From Thermaerobacter marianensis (GTDB lineage: Bacteria > Bacillota > Sulfobacillia > DYIH01 > DYIG01): DNA of 36,264 nucleotides. The translations under genes were made by a program, and so were the position numbers. This document shows positions 17,891-26,866 of the stretch, in pieces (the first letter of the stretch is position 1; every line of letters begins with the position of its first letter). The notes under the pieces were generated by a model. That model saw only the letters and a program-made list of their open reading frames with translations, made no database searches and had not been told where the DNA came from. The stretch lies in assembly GCA_020723725.1 (NCBI GenBank), contig DYIG01000001.1, positions 1-36,264 on the forward strand, written 5' to 3'.

Positions 17891-18687
17891 CTGACAGACC
17901 CCTCTGCAGGCACGGCCTTGCTTCCGGCTGGTAGTGGCGGCAACTCGGAATCATCTATACCCAAATCATGCAGGGCCCTTCTTGACTCCTCATACCCCGG
18001 ATCAAAACGCAAGGCATCTTTAAAGCTGGCGATGGCCTTTTCCCGTTGCCCCTTCTTGAGGTAAGCCTTCCCCCTCAGGTTTAGGACGTCGGATAACGTA
18101 GGATCGATTTCCTCCAGGATATGGTTAAGCTTTTCCAGAGCAAGATCGTATTTCCCCTGTTCGAAGTAGACCTCGGCGAGACCATAGTGGGGCAATGGGT
18201 TCAGGGGCTCCCGGAGCGAGCCTCGAGTAAAGAGATCCTCCGCCTCCTTCAGGTTTCCGGTCTTCATCTTCACAAGACCGAGGAAATAGGAGACCTCAAC
18301 AGCAAGCGGGTCCAGTTTCTGAGCCTGCCGGTAGGCCTCCTCAGCCTCGGCGTATTTCCCATCTATATAAAATGAATAGCCCAATTGCACCCAGGAGGCC
18401 ACATCGGTGGGGTCCTCGATGACAGCCTTCTGCCAGCGGGCAATGTCCAGGGCGGCCCGATTGGGCCCCTTATACCGAGGCCAATAAAACCGATAACCCA
18501 CTGCGACCCACCCAAGAAGGGAAAGGCCCCATATCCCCAGAATGATGACTGCTGAAAGATAAACAGGTATCCTCTTATCGAGGATTCCCTTTGCATTCTT
18601 CATGAACGCTTCCCCATAACTCAATTTTATCTTTCTAAGCCATAATAACCAGCCGCAATAATTAAAGACATGTTCCTTTATCGACAA
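17887..18687 (-). CDS. membrane-anchored TPR-repeat protein (TPR-B)
   Basis: The ORF-track start (TTG 18687) is probably an over-extension. ATG 18603 (GGGGAAG 5 nt upstream) gives MKNAKGILDKRIPVYLSAVIILGIWGLSLLGWVAVGYRFYW, matching the length and architecture of TPR-A and TPR-C. TPR units follow. Confidence 0.8.
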   Translation of the reverse strand: MSIKEHVFNYCGWLLWLRKIKLSYGEAFMKNAKGILDKRIPVYLSAVIILGIWGLSLLGWVAVGYRFYWPRYKGPNRAALDIARWQKAVIEDPTDVASWVQLGYSFYIDGKYAEAEEAYRQAQKLDPLAVEVSYFLGLVKMKTGNLKEAEDLFTRGSLREPLNPLPHYGLAEVYFEQGKYDLALEKLNHILEEIDPTLSDVLNLRGKAYLKKGQREKAIASFKDALRFDPGYEESRRALHDLGIDDSELPPLPAGSKAVPAEGSVR

Positions 18688-18764
18688 ATTTCGCCTAAGG
18701 CTTGCTTCATCCTTCCGCCCCCATATTTTTCTACTCTTTAACCAGTATCAACAATCAGGGAGAC

Positions 18765-18792
18765 AAAAAAGCGCCCGCGATCTGGCGGGCGC
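18765..18792 (-). terminator. rho-independent terminator immediately after Hex-C
   Basis: Minus-strand RNA reads GCGCCCGC-CAGAUC-GCGGGCGC (18785-18792 pairs with 18771-18778) followed by six U (18765-18770). It lies about 25 nt after the Hex-C stop. Confidence 0.85.
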
Positions 18793-18817
18793 CTTAAGAA
18801 ACATTTTGATGCAACCG

Positions 18818-20956
18818 TTAGTTAGTTGTACGGCTGTGACACCTATAGCAAGCAGAGGCAAACGGGTTGAACCTCGCGAGCGCAGAACTGAAGCCGAACT
18901 GCGTCCAATAGGGCGAAGTATCGACGAACAGATCGGGGCGCTGAGACCCTGTGCCAAACTGCGGGCTAACTTGACCGGGCGAGCTCGGGTGCTGGTATTC
19001 GCTGCTACCCATGAAGCTTTGGTTATTGACATCACGGTTCCAGAGGTAACCGGTGATGTTATCACGTGAACCGCCTGTTGTGTCATTCAGCCCGTTGTTC
19101 TTCCATGCCACCTCGATCCGCTCAGAGCCGGAACCATGCGGTACATGGCAGCTCAGGCAAACGACCTTGTTCTTCCAATACCCCTGCTTGTCGGAACCAC
19201 TACCGTCTACACCTTCAAGCGGGAGAATCGGGTCCATAACGCGACCCTGCTTACAACCGGATTTTACGGAGTTAGTAGAACTGTTCCAAACACCATATAC
19301 ATAGCCAGTTATGCTGCCAGTGCTATCGGCAGGATTCGGCGTACAAATGTCACCGCCACTGCTAATCTGACCCTCGATTACAGGAGCCAAGTAGGCCTCG
19401 ACATCGACCGGGTGCTTGTGAGCACCGGACGGGACCCTGTCTGAACCTGGATCAGTGCCAGGGTATGGGTCGGTACAATTAGCACCACTTCCACAATCGA
19501 AGTTAGTGCTCTTTGGTGCGGCAAAGATGATGCTGGGATCGGTAATGCTCATAGTGGAATTGGCGCGCGGCTCGACGGCAAACCCAACGTGGCACGCGGT
19601 ACAGAAGGAGACGATACCGCCCATGGCTCCACCACGACCAGCCGGGTTATTGGTGAAATTGTTATTGGTATCGCTACCACCGCTCAGGTACTTGGTGTAC
19701 ATGTAGCGCATCTGCCAATCGCCACGCTCATTGATATTGGCGTCATTACTATAAACATTGGTGGCACTGACACCGCGGACTACAATGTTCTTCCTGTCAT
19801 TGAACTCGCCGCGCAGGAGACGGTAGTTCTTATTCTTGTTATGCGGTTCGTGACAGTTGATGCAACCTAGCCACCTCTTGGAATCATCACCGTTACGGGA
19901 ATAGAATCCAGGCGCCTGCCAGATGCGAGCGGAATTTGCAACAACAGAACTCGTGTTAAGGCTATCGCCTTGCGGGTTATCGTTCGTCACCAAGTCAGAA
20001 CGCACCCTCATAACGTTGTGAACAGAGGTGGTCTGGACACCGGAACCTTGCTTTAAGCGGTCACCGAAGGGACCAGCGGAAGCAAAGGCCCTATTGCTCC
20101 AGGTCGGTCCAGTCCGGACATAGCCACGAACCTCATCGTATTTAGACCCGGTACCGTCGTGACAGGTACCACAGAGGTCGGTGCTAGTCGGAGCCTTGAG
20201 GAGCTTCACATGCTTGGAACTGTGGAGACCATGACAGGCATTACAAGCATTGGTGTACTCTGAGTAGTTCCCGTGCCTTGTTTGAATCGGCGGGAAGGCA
20301 GGTGCTACGACATACTTATTAAGATCAATCCCACTTGAATTACTGGGGAAACCACCGCTGTAACCACTATCAGAGTCATCCACGAAATAATAGTACTCTT
20401 TATAAGCCTCTACGTTTCTATCAGAAAATTTCACATAATTATAGGTATTATCCGTTCCCCAAGAGTACTTGGTATTATCCACCGAGTTGCAAGTACCCAG
20501 GGACATGCTTGTAACAACGCCAAGCTGGGTATCCACGCTGGCAGTCACTTGGCATTCCCCGACTTTGTCGAACGTCCTTTTCCATAGGATGCTGTCAAAA
20601 GGAGTCGACGCTCCGGCCAGGTTATACCTATACACAGCGTAGGTCTTGGTGCCGTTTTTGGGAGTAAACATAACGACTACCTCGGAGTCGTAAACACCAT
20701 TGGTTACAGTCCCTAAGGTATTTACCACTGCCTTGGTGTCATATGGCCCGCTTTGCCCTGCATAACCGACAGCTAATGCAGCGGGAGCGATAATAAGTAG
20801 GGCTAGGAGAATAAAGCTAAATATAATAGCTGTCTTCTTAGATTTCACGAACAGGACACCTCCTCGAATATCTGTGAGGCCATTAGTCCCTTTTCGCGTG
20901 TTCATCCGTTTTCCACCCCCTTTCCCGCTGTTTTTAGGGAGTAAATGGGACAGCAT
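18818..20956 (-). CDS. secreted hexahaem c-type cytochrome, family member Hex-C
   Basis: 712-aa ORF with six CxxCH (CNACH, CGTCH, CINCH, CTACH, CLSCH, CYRCH). The likely start is GTG 20848 (GAGGAGGTG at 20857-20865), giving the signal peptide (M)KSKKTAIIFSFILLALLIIAPAALA. Alternative starts are ATG 20905 and ATG 20956. The family blocks are as in Hex-A/B. Confidence 0.9.
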   Translation of the reverse strand: MLSHLLPKNSGKGGGKRMNTRKGTNGLTDIRGGVLFVKSKKTAIIFSFILLALLIIAPAALAVGYAGQSGPYDTKAVVNTLGTVTNGVYDSEVVVMFTPKNGTKTYAVYRYNLAGASTPFDSILWKRTFDKVGECQVTASVDTQLGVVTSMSLGTCNSVDNTKYSWGTDNTYNYVKFSDRNVEAYKEYYYFVDDSDSGYSGGFPSNSSGIDLNKYVVAPAFPPIQTRHGNYSEYTNACNACHGLHSSKHVKLLKAPTSTDLCGTCHDGTGSKYDEVRGYVRTGPTWSNRAFASAGPFGDRLKQGSGVQTTSVHNVMRVRSDLVTNDNPQGDSLNTSSVVANSARIWQAPGFYSRNGDDSKRWLGCINCHEPHNKNKNYRLLRGEFNDRKNIVVRGVSATNVYSNDANINERGDWQMRYMYTKYLSGGSDTNNNFTNNPAGRGGAMGGIVSFCTACHVGFAVEPRANSTMSITDPSIIFAAPKSTNFDCGSGANCTDPYPGTDPGSDRVPSGAHKHPVDVEAYLAPVIEGQISSGGDICTPNPADSTGSITGYVYGVWNSSTNSVKSGCKQGRVMDPILPLEGVDGSGSDKQGYWKNKVVCLSCHVPHGSGSERIEVAWKNNGLNDTTGGSRDNITGYLWNRDVNNQSFMGSSEYQHPSSPGQVSPQFGTGSQRPDLFVDTSPYWTQFGFSSALARFNPFASACYRCHSRTTN

Positions 20957-21054
20957 AAAACCGCCCCATCTTACTGTTTAATTGAAAGGTTACCAAAATA
21001 GATACCATTTACGATAAAAATACAATGCCCACAAAAATAGCTAGTACACCTGAA

Positions 21055-21083
21055 ATTCTAGCATTGCAAACTATTTATGGCAA
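21055..21083 (-). promoter_or_regulatory. sigma-A-type promoter candidate for Hex-C
   Basis: The minus strand reads TTGCCA (21083-21078) - 17 nt - TAGAAT (21060-21055) with a TGc extended -10. It lies in the 157-nt gap after the 9(+1)-haem gene. Confidence 0.55.
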
Positions 21084-21113
21084 CAGATTTAGTGTTGTAA
21101 AAATGGAGGAAAG

Positions 21114-22811
21114 CTAGTACGCAGGCCTCCAATAAACCCAATCCTGAACGGTGTGGCAACCTGTTTGACAACCCGATTCCGGCCAGTTTATGGCCTGAAT
21201 CGCAGGGCCCGTTGGGTCAGTCCACAGCAACCTCGGCCACTGCGAGGATCCGTGGGTTGTATGGCAGTTGCGGCAGCTATTGCCCATTACACCCACATGG
21301 TACCTGTGAAGGGGCTGTTGGTAGACCTCCCCTGTAACGTCGCCCCAGAATCGGCTTAGCGCCATGGGGGCAGGACCCGGTATCTCCAACGAAGAATAGA
21401 CGGACAAGTAAACCGAGGAGTTGTGGCAGTTAAAGCAAATCTCGTCACCGGTCATTGGCCCAGTAACCGGATAGGGGGCCGAAAGGATCCAACTGTTTTG
21501 AGACCCATGGGGCGAGGCGCCCGTGACACCGCTCTTGTGGCAGTCGGAGCACATCGTCCGGCTTGTATATGACCAGTTATTACCGTTGCGGTCTGTCCCT
21601 GTAAAAGCGTTTGGCCGTATGAAGTTATTCTGACCCGCCGCCTCCACAGGGTGGTAGCTAGGATTGGCCGGATTGAATTCCAGGGCTTTGTCACTGGCGC
21701 CGGGCTTGTTCCAGTACCCAGAATGGCACTTGTAACAGATCCTGTACTCAAAACCATCCGCCGGGAAGTTTAATGCCCCTGACGCCGACCATGTGTACCA
21801 AGGGGTTTGTGTCCGGTCAACCGTTACATGAGATACGTTACGAGTAGGGTCCGCTTTGGTTGCTGAATGGGGGTCATGACAATCCACACATTCCGAGTGG
21901 CGCCGGTCGTTGGCAGGCAGATCTGCAAGGGTCTCTGTGTCCAGATGGCGTCCAGCAACTGTCTTTACCGGGTGCGACGAGGCAAGGTTCAAGTCAGAGT
22001 CCACGTTTTGATGGCAGGACAAGCAGCCGTTCTCTTCCTGGGACTTGGTTAGACGATAGAAGGTATCCTTGCCGTGAGTATCGTGACAGGAGTTGCAGGC
22101 CATTCCCTGCCCTTGCCCCACCTGTGAAAGAGCATGAGACGAAGTTTCCCAATCAGGCCTTGATATAACTAACTTAGAGCCTGAACCATCATGACAGGTG
22201 AAACAAACACCTGCTAAGTCTTGCACTTTAACTAGACCAACTTCAACAGAGCTATGCAGGCCATGGCAAACGGTACAGACCTTCGTGTTTTCAGTATAAC
22301 CACCGTGGGGATTCTGCCTGGGAGGAAACGCACTGGCAACCGAGTACCCCTCAGGGTTATTGTTAAATCCCTCGGGGCCTGTTACTAAATAAGATACTTC
22401 CTTATCGTTCACGGGGTTTGTCTTATCCTCGAGAACTAAGTAGTTTGAACCTACAGTTTCTTGATGCCATACAAAATTAGCATTGATGGTAGAAAGCGAA
22501 CTAACAGCCCACTCTCCACCAGACCACGTAATCTCCCCTGTCCCCACCCAGTTGTAGGCTAAAGGATCAGAGGTGTCACGTTTGTAAACCTGATAAACAA
22601 CCTGGGGCTCTATTGGTAGGATATAGACCTTTAATACATTATTTAGGCCAACCTGTATCCTCGGCTGGACCGCATCAACCTCATAGGTTGTAAGGGCAAA
22701 CAAAGCAAAACCAACCACTAAGGCAAGGATAAATGCCCATCCATACAACCTAAAACCCCTGATGTATTCGCTAAGTTTTCGAACAGAGGGCTCGTTCTCG
22801 AATCGCCTCAC
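21114..22811 (-). CDS. multihaem c-type cytochrome, 9 CxxCH plus one C-terminal CxxxCH
   Basis: 565 aa with a GTG start and an N-terminal TM/signal helix (WAFILALVVGFALFALTTY). After a beta-rich N-domain it has the family dihaem module (SAFPPRQNPHGGYTENTKVCTVCHGLHSS..CFTCHDGSGSK). Then come CNSCH, CLSCH, CVDCH, CYKCH, CSDCH, CFNCH and CRNCH, and finally CQTGCH 12 residues from the C-terminus. The C-terminal half is collinear with the end of the 865-aa protein. Confidence 0.9.
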   Translation of the reverse strand: MRRFENEPSVRKLSEYIRGFRLYGWAFILALVVGFALFALTTYEVDAVQPRIQVGLNNVLKVYILPIEPQVVYQVYKRDTSDPLAYNWVGTGEITWSGGEWAVSSLSTINANFVWHQETVGSNYLVLEDKTNPVNDKEVSYLVTGPEGFNNNPEGYSVASAFPPRQNPHGGYTENTKVCTVCHGLHSSVEVGLVKVQDLAGVCFTCHDGSGSKLVISRPDWETSSHALSQVGQGQGMACNSCHDTHGKDTFYRLTKSQEENGCLSCHQNVDSDLNLASSHPVKTVAGRHLDTETLADLPANDRRHSECVDCHDPHSATKADPTRNVSHVTVDRTQTPWYTWSASGALNFPADGFEYRICYKCHSGYWNKPGASDKALEFNPANPSYHPVEAAGQNNFIRPNAFTGTDRNGNNWSYTSRTMCSDCHKSGVTGASPHGSQNSWILSAPYPVTGPMTGDEICFNCHNSSVYLSVYSSLEIPGPAPMALSRFWGDVTGEVYQQPLHRYHVGVMGNSCRNCHTTHGSSQWPRLLWTDPTGPAIQAINWPESGCQTGCHTVQDWVYWRPAY

Positions 22812-23006
22812 GTTTGGGCCCCCGATTAAGGTTTTCTTGGAAAATTGCGATAAAATATAATCTAAATACCAATATACACTTATGGTATCAAATCCCCGGA
22901 GACCCTGTAAAGAAGCTCGTACTAATACTCGAATCCTAATAATAAATAAACGGAGTAACCCATGGCTCCCCCGCCAATACTCAAGTTATATCAGATATAT
23001 GTCTTT

Positions 23007-23990
23007 CTACCTACCCCAAACGGATATCCGCGCATTTTCCCTATCAATGATATAGAGATTGCCAGATGGCCCCATTGCGATCCCGTTGGGGAAGTTGAAT
23101 TGTCCACTTTCCAAACCGCGCTCTCCAAATTGGAACAGTAGCGAGAACTGGTTACCGTCAATCCCCACAACTGTGTGTCTTAGAACATCCACTACGTAAA
23201 CCCGATCCTTGCTGTCTATAACTATACCGCGCGGTAACACCATATCATCCGCAATAGCCTTTATAGCTTTTCCGGTATTAGGGTCTAACACCTGAACCAT
23301 AGCGTTATTACTGTCTGATACCCAAAGTCTCCCCTGGGAATCAAATGCCAGCCCGTAAGGGTAGTTGAATTGGCCAGCCTGTCGGCCTGCGCGTCCTATC
23401 GTTTTAACGTAGTTGTCATTTTTGTCGAATACTAAGACCTTATGGTCCAAAACAGCAACATAAAGGTTCCCATCTTTATCCTGTGCAAGTGAAAGCGGAC
23501 CGACCTCTAAGTCTTTATGCTTATTCGGATCCGGTATTTGGCCGATGTATTTCCCGTCCATGCCTAAAATTTGAACCCTATTGTTACGCATATCGGCAAC
23601 ATAGAGTCTATTGTTACGAATTAGAATATCTATGGGATAGTTAAATTGAACTTTGTCGCCACCCGTCTTACCAAACCGAGCTACCCAACGACCATCAGAA
23701 TCAAACACCTGAATCTGATTATTGCCAGTATCTGCCACGTAGATCTTCCCGTCAGACCCAACCTCGATACCTAGCGGGGCTTTAAGGGGAGAACTGGGTG
23801 GCCCGTATATATCCATCTTATGGACCGGGGGCTGATTAGAGGTTTCCCTGAAGATCTTTACTACATTGGTTACCGGCTCTGGCGGCCTGTTTTGGACATA
23901 GAAAATTACAAAACCTAGGGCGGTCAATAACGCCACAGCTAGACTTATGTTAATGGCCGTTCCCAGTTTAAATCCCTTAGACTGACGCAT
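23007..23990 (-). CDS. membrane-anchored NHL-repeat beta-propeller protein (NHL-C)
   Basis: 327 aa. The ATG lies 9 nt after GGGGGAAAC. It has a TM helix (INISLAVALLTALGFVIFYV). NHL units include IYGPPSSPLKAPLGIEVGSDGKIYVADTGNNQIQVFD. Confidence 0.85.
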   Translation of the reverse strand: MRQSKGFKLGTAINISLAVALLTALGFVIFYVQNRPPEPVTNVVKIFRETSNQPPVHKMDIYGPPSSPLKAPLGIEVGSDGKIYVADTGNNQIQVFDSDGRWVARFGKTGGDKVQFNYPIDILIRNNRLYVADMRNNRVQILGMDGKYIGQIPDPNKHKDLEVGPLSLAQDKDGNLYVAVLDHKVLVFDKNDNYVKTIGRAGRQAGQFNYPYGLAFDSQGRLWVSDSNNAMVQVLDPNTGKAIKAIADDMVLPRGIVIDSKDRVYVVDVLRHTVVGIDGNQFSLLFQFGERGLESGQFNFPNGIAMGPSGNLYIIDRENARISVWGR

Positions 23991-24007
23991 ATTGAATATG
24001 TTTCCCC

Positions 24008-24775
24008 CTACTTCTTTATATTTTCCTGAAATGCAGGGCTCGTTGAATGAACCTGCCGTTCCCCAAGTGCGCCTGACGGCATTTGAGGGAGATCAGATTC
24101 CTTTAAACCATTGTTCAATAATGCTTTTCTTGCTGCCTCATAAGATGGATCCAGTTCCACAGCCTTTTTATAGCTGGCTATTGCCTTGCTTTTCTGGCCT
24201 TTCTTCTCGTAAATCGAGCCCAAGAGGTAGTGAACATCTGAATAAGTAGGATCAATATTCTTGATAATATGGTCCAGTGTCTTAATAGCTAAATCATTTT
24301 TCCCTGATTCAGCATAGGTTATAGCCAATTGATAGTTAGCCAATATATGATTTGGAAAGTCTTTTGCCAACTGCGTTAAAATCTTCTCTGCCTGCGAATA
24401 ATCCTTTTTCTTTAGATAAAGGATTCCAAGGAAATATCTAGCCATTGGGTCATTCTTTTCGATTTGGAGTGCTTTTTTTAAATACTTTTCAGCCTCAATA
24501 AAATTACCTTCAGCCAAATAATTGGACCCTAACCCCACAAGGCTATCTTTATCATTTGGGTTGTGTTTTAGATTATATTGATATTGAGCCTTTTCAATCT
24601 CAATACGACTAGGTGAACGGTTTTCTTCCCAGAAGAACTTATAGCCGACTACAATTCCCAGAATGGCTACGACAAGAAAGCTACCAATAATCATTGCCCA
24701 TGCAACGGCCGGGGATATAGTCCTTTCCTGATGGTTAGGGCTTTTTAGTTGAGTTTGTTTATCCACTATCAACAT
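24008..24775 (-). CDS. membrane-anchored TPR-repeat protein (TPR-C)
   Basis: 255 aa. A TM helix (AWAMIIGSFLVVAILGIVVGYKFFW) is followed by TPR units. The exact start is ambiguous (ATG 24775 is only 2 nt after AAGGAGG; GTG is three codons later). Confidence 0.8.
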   Translation of the reverse strand: MLIVDKQTQLKSPNHQERTISPAVAWAMIIGSFLVVAILGIVVGYKFFWEENRSPSRIEIEKAQYQYNLKHNPNDKDSLVGLGSNYLAEGNFIEAEKYLKKALQIEKNDPMARYFLGILYLKKKDYSQAEKILTQLAKDFPNHILANYQLAITYAESGKNDLAIKTLDHIIKNIDPTYSDVHYLLGSIYEKKGQKSKAIASYKKAVELDPSYEAARKALLNNGLKESDLPQMPSGALGERQVHSTSPAFQENIKK

Positions 24776-24929
24776 ATCCTCCTTGGTAGCGTAGCCATCC
24801 TATAAACAGACTCTAACATATAGATTCTAAATATATTTGGAGAACCCTTTCGCTAAGGGTTGTAAGTTGTTTCCTGCCAATATTAGATCACCTTAAAAGA
24901 TATTCGTAAAAGAAGAACCTTTTGTCAAT

Positions 24930-24958
24930 AAAAAGGAGCCACCCGTATGGGTAGCTCC
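24930..24958 (-). terminator. rho-independent terminator immediately after Hex-D
   Basis: Minus-strand RNA reads GGAGCUACCC-AUAC-GGGUGGCUCC (10-bp stem with one U-G; 24949-24958 pairs with 24935-24944) followed by five U (24930-24934). It lies about 32 nt after the Hex-D stop. Confidence 0.85.
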
Positions 24959-24990
24959 TTTTAGTTAATGCTTTAACTCTCGAATATATG

Positions 24991-26739
24991 CTATTTCGTG
25001 CTGTGACAACGATAACAGGCGGACGCGAACGGTTGGAACCTACCGAGTGCAGTGCTACCGCGGAGTGCATCGCCAGCAGCATCAAAGCGGTCATAAACGT
25101 TATCACTATTATTATCGCCGTTGATTAGATAAGCGTCATTAAGACGGCGAGTATAGCTAGGATCAGTCGCATCGTAGGTCCCATTCAGATTCCCATTGGC
25201 ATAAGCAACCTCGACCTTATGGGTAGACCTAGTACCATGCGGAACATGGCAGGTTATGCAAACCACCTTATTCCCGTTATATGTGGTCTGGGTCCCTTCC
25301 AAGGGTACATATTTCTGAGCTGCAGCATCGCGACCCGCAGCTTCAACATCCATGACTCTGGCCTGATTGGTGCTAGAGCCAAGCGGATCGATATTGAAGC
25401 GCCCTCCACCTTGAGTAACCACGCGATCAGCAGTCATTTCCATCATATGCCGCTTATGGCCCCAAGTCCCGTCATTCGGCGGAACCTGAGTTTGCGTCGT
25501 ACCATCATCGGTAGTTGTAAACTCCCTATGACAAGCAGTACAAAAAGCGGTTACACCCTTAGACCCACTCGCCGTGGCAGAAAGATACTTACTAAGCATC
25601 TTGGAATTAGGAGTGTTGAGATCTATCTCCGCAACGCCCCTTACTTTTACCCCTGTCCTATCTGCTACACTCATACCATAGTCGCCACTGGTAAGAATGT
25701 CTCCACGCAGTAGCCGATAGTTCTTGAACTTATTGTGCGGTTCATGACATGTTGCACAGGTAAGGGCATCATTAGCAGTGCTACCCCCGTTCTTTGGATC
25801 AGTAAGGTTCGTAGAACCCGGCGCTGACCAAACATAAGCTGCATTGGACCCTACAGAACCACTTGCCGCACCCGCACCAAGGGTTAAGCCAATTCGATAC
25901 ACATTATGAACGGAGGTGGCGTCACCACCAATCGTAGTGTTTGGATTACCAAATTGGGATCCAAAAGGACCAGCAGCAGCGGTAGTATAGGAACCCCAAG
26001 TTGCACCTGTGCGTACTATACCGTTAATCTCATCGTACTTAGAACCCGACCCATCGTGACAGGTGACACAAAGGTCGGTCTGAGTAGCAGCCTTCAAGAG
26101 CTTACCAAGACCAGAAAGGGTACTCACGGAACTATGCAGGCCGTGACAGGCTGTACAAGCGTTAGTGTACTCACTGTAGGAACCATGCCGGGTTTGGGCC
26201 GGAGGGAAGGCACCTACAACCGTATAAAGATCAACCTGGGTTTCTTCGGCTGCCGGAGTAGCCGTTTGAGCATATTCGGCAACAAGATAGTAATATTCCT
26301 CGTAATCTGTAATCGGAGTAGCGTCGTTTGCGGCATCCGTGTAAATTACATACCCATATTGATCAGTGGACCACCCCGCCGGAGTACCTTGAATAACTGG
26401 TGTTCCTCCAGTAGTTTGAACGACCGCCGAACTCTCAAGCACAAATTTACGGAGGTCATCCTTGTCATGTCGATAAACAGCATACTTTTGCGTGGCGTTA
26501 TTAGTGGGAGTAAATATAATTTGAATATTACTCCCGTAGGTTGTACCAACAACGTTGGTCCTTGTGTCCGTTGGATGCGCAGCGAAAGCCGCTCCAGCGA
26601 AAAGCAACGTACCAAGCATTGCGGTAATAAGGGCAGAAACCTTCTTATTAAAACTATTAGCTGCTTTTTTCGTTAATATATTTAGACCAACCACTTTTTC
26701 ACCTCCTGAAATTAGTCGGCTTATGTCCCCTAATTTCAT
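24991..26739 (-). CDS. secreted hexahaem c-type cytochrome, family member Hex-D
   Basis: 582-aa ORF with six CxxCH (CTACH, CVTCH, CATCH, CTACH, CITCH, CYRCH). The likely start is GTG 26694 (AGGAGGTG at 26700-26708). The upstream in-frame ATG 26739 also has a GGAGGTG (26744-26750). The signal peptide is ..KKVSALITAMLGTLLFAGAAFA. It has no Cys outside the haem motifs. Confidence 0.9.
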   Translation of the reverse strand: MKLGDISRLISGGEKVVGLNILTKKAANSFNKKVSALITAMLGTLLFAGAAFAAHPTDTRTNVVGTTYGSNIQIIFTPTNNATQKYAVYRHDKDDLRKFVLESSAVVQTTGGTPVIQGTPAGWSTDQYGYVIYTDAANDATPITDYEEYYYLVAEYAQTATPAAEETQVDLYTVVGAFPPAQTRHGSYSEYTNACTACHGLHSSVSTLSGLGKLLKAATQTDLCVTCHDGSGSKYDEINGIVRTGATWGSYTTAAAGPFGSQFGNPNTTIGGDATSVHNVYRIGLTLGAGAASGSVGSNAAYVWSAPGSTNLTDPKNGGSTANDALTCATCHEPHNKFKNYRLLRGDILTSGDYGMSVADRTGVKVRGVAEIDLNTPNSKMLSKYLSATASGSKGVTAFCTACHREFTTTDDGTTQTQVPPNDGTWGHKRHMMEMTADRVVTQGGGRFNIDPLGSSTNQARVMDVEAAGRDAAAQKYVPLEGTQTTYNGNKVVCITCHVPHGTRSTHKVEVAYANGNLNGTYDATDPSYTRRLNDAYLINGDNNSDNVYDRFDAAGDALRGSTALGRFQPFASACYRCHSTK

Positions 26740-26866
26740 AGGGCACCTCCTTTCTCGGACGGGGAGTTATAGCCTTACCATCTATATGCCACCCGGTTTT
26801 AATCGGGCGAGCAGGCAACGGAACCAAAATAAGCAATATTTCTGAAAAACAAGACCACTGATGGTA

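Noticed and set aside
24888-25106. A 72-aa minus-strand ORF spanning the Hex-D 3' end and terminator. Similar small overlapping ORFs occur elsewhere (6880-7101, 7855-8037, 18748-19086, 26699-26908).
   Set aside because: They overlap better-supported genes or terminators in other frames. They have no SD sites and no meaningful sequence features.
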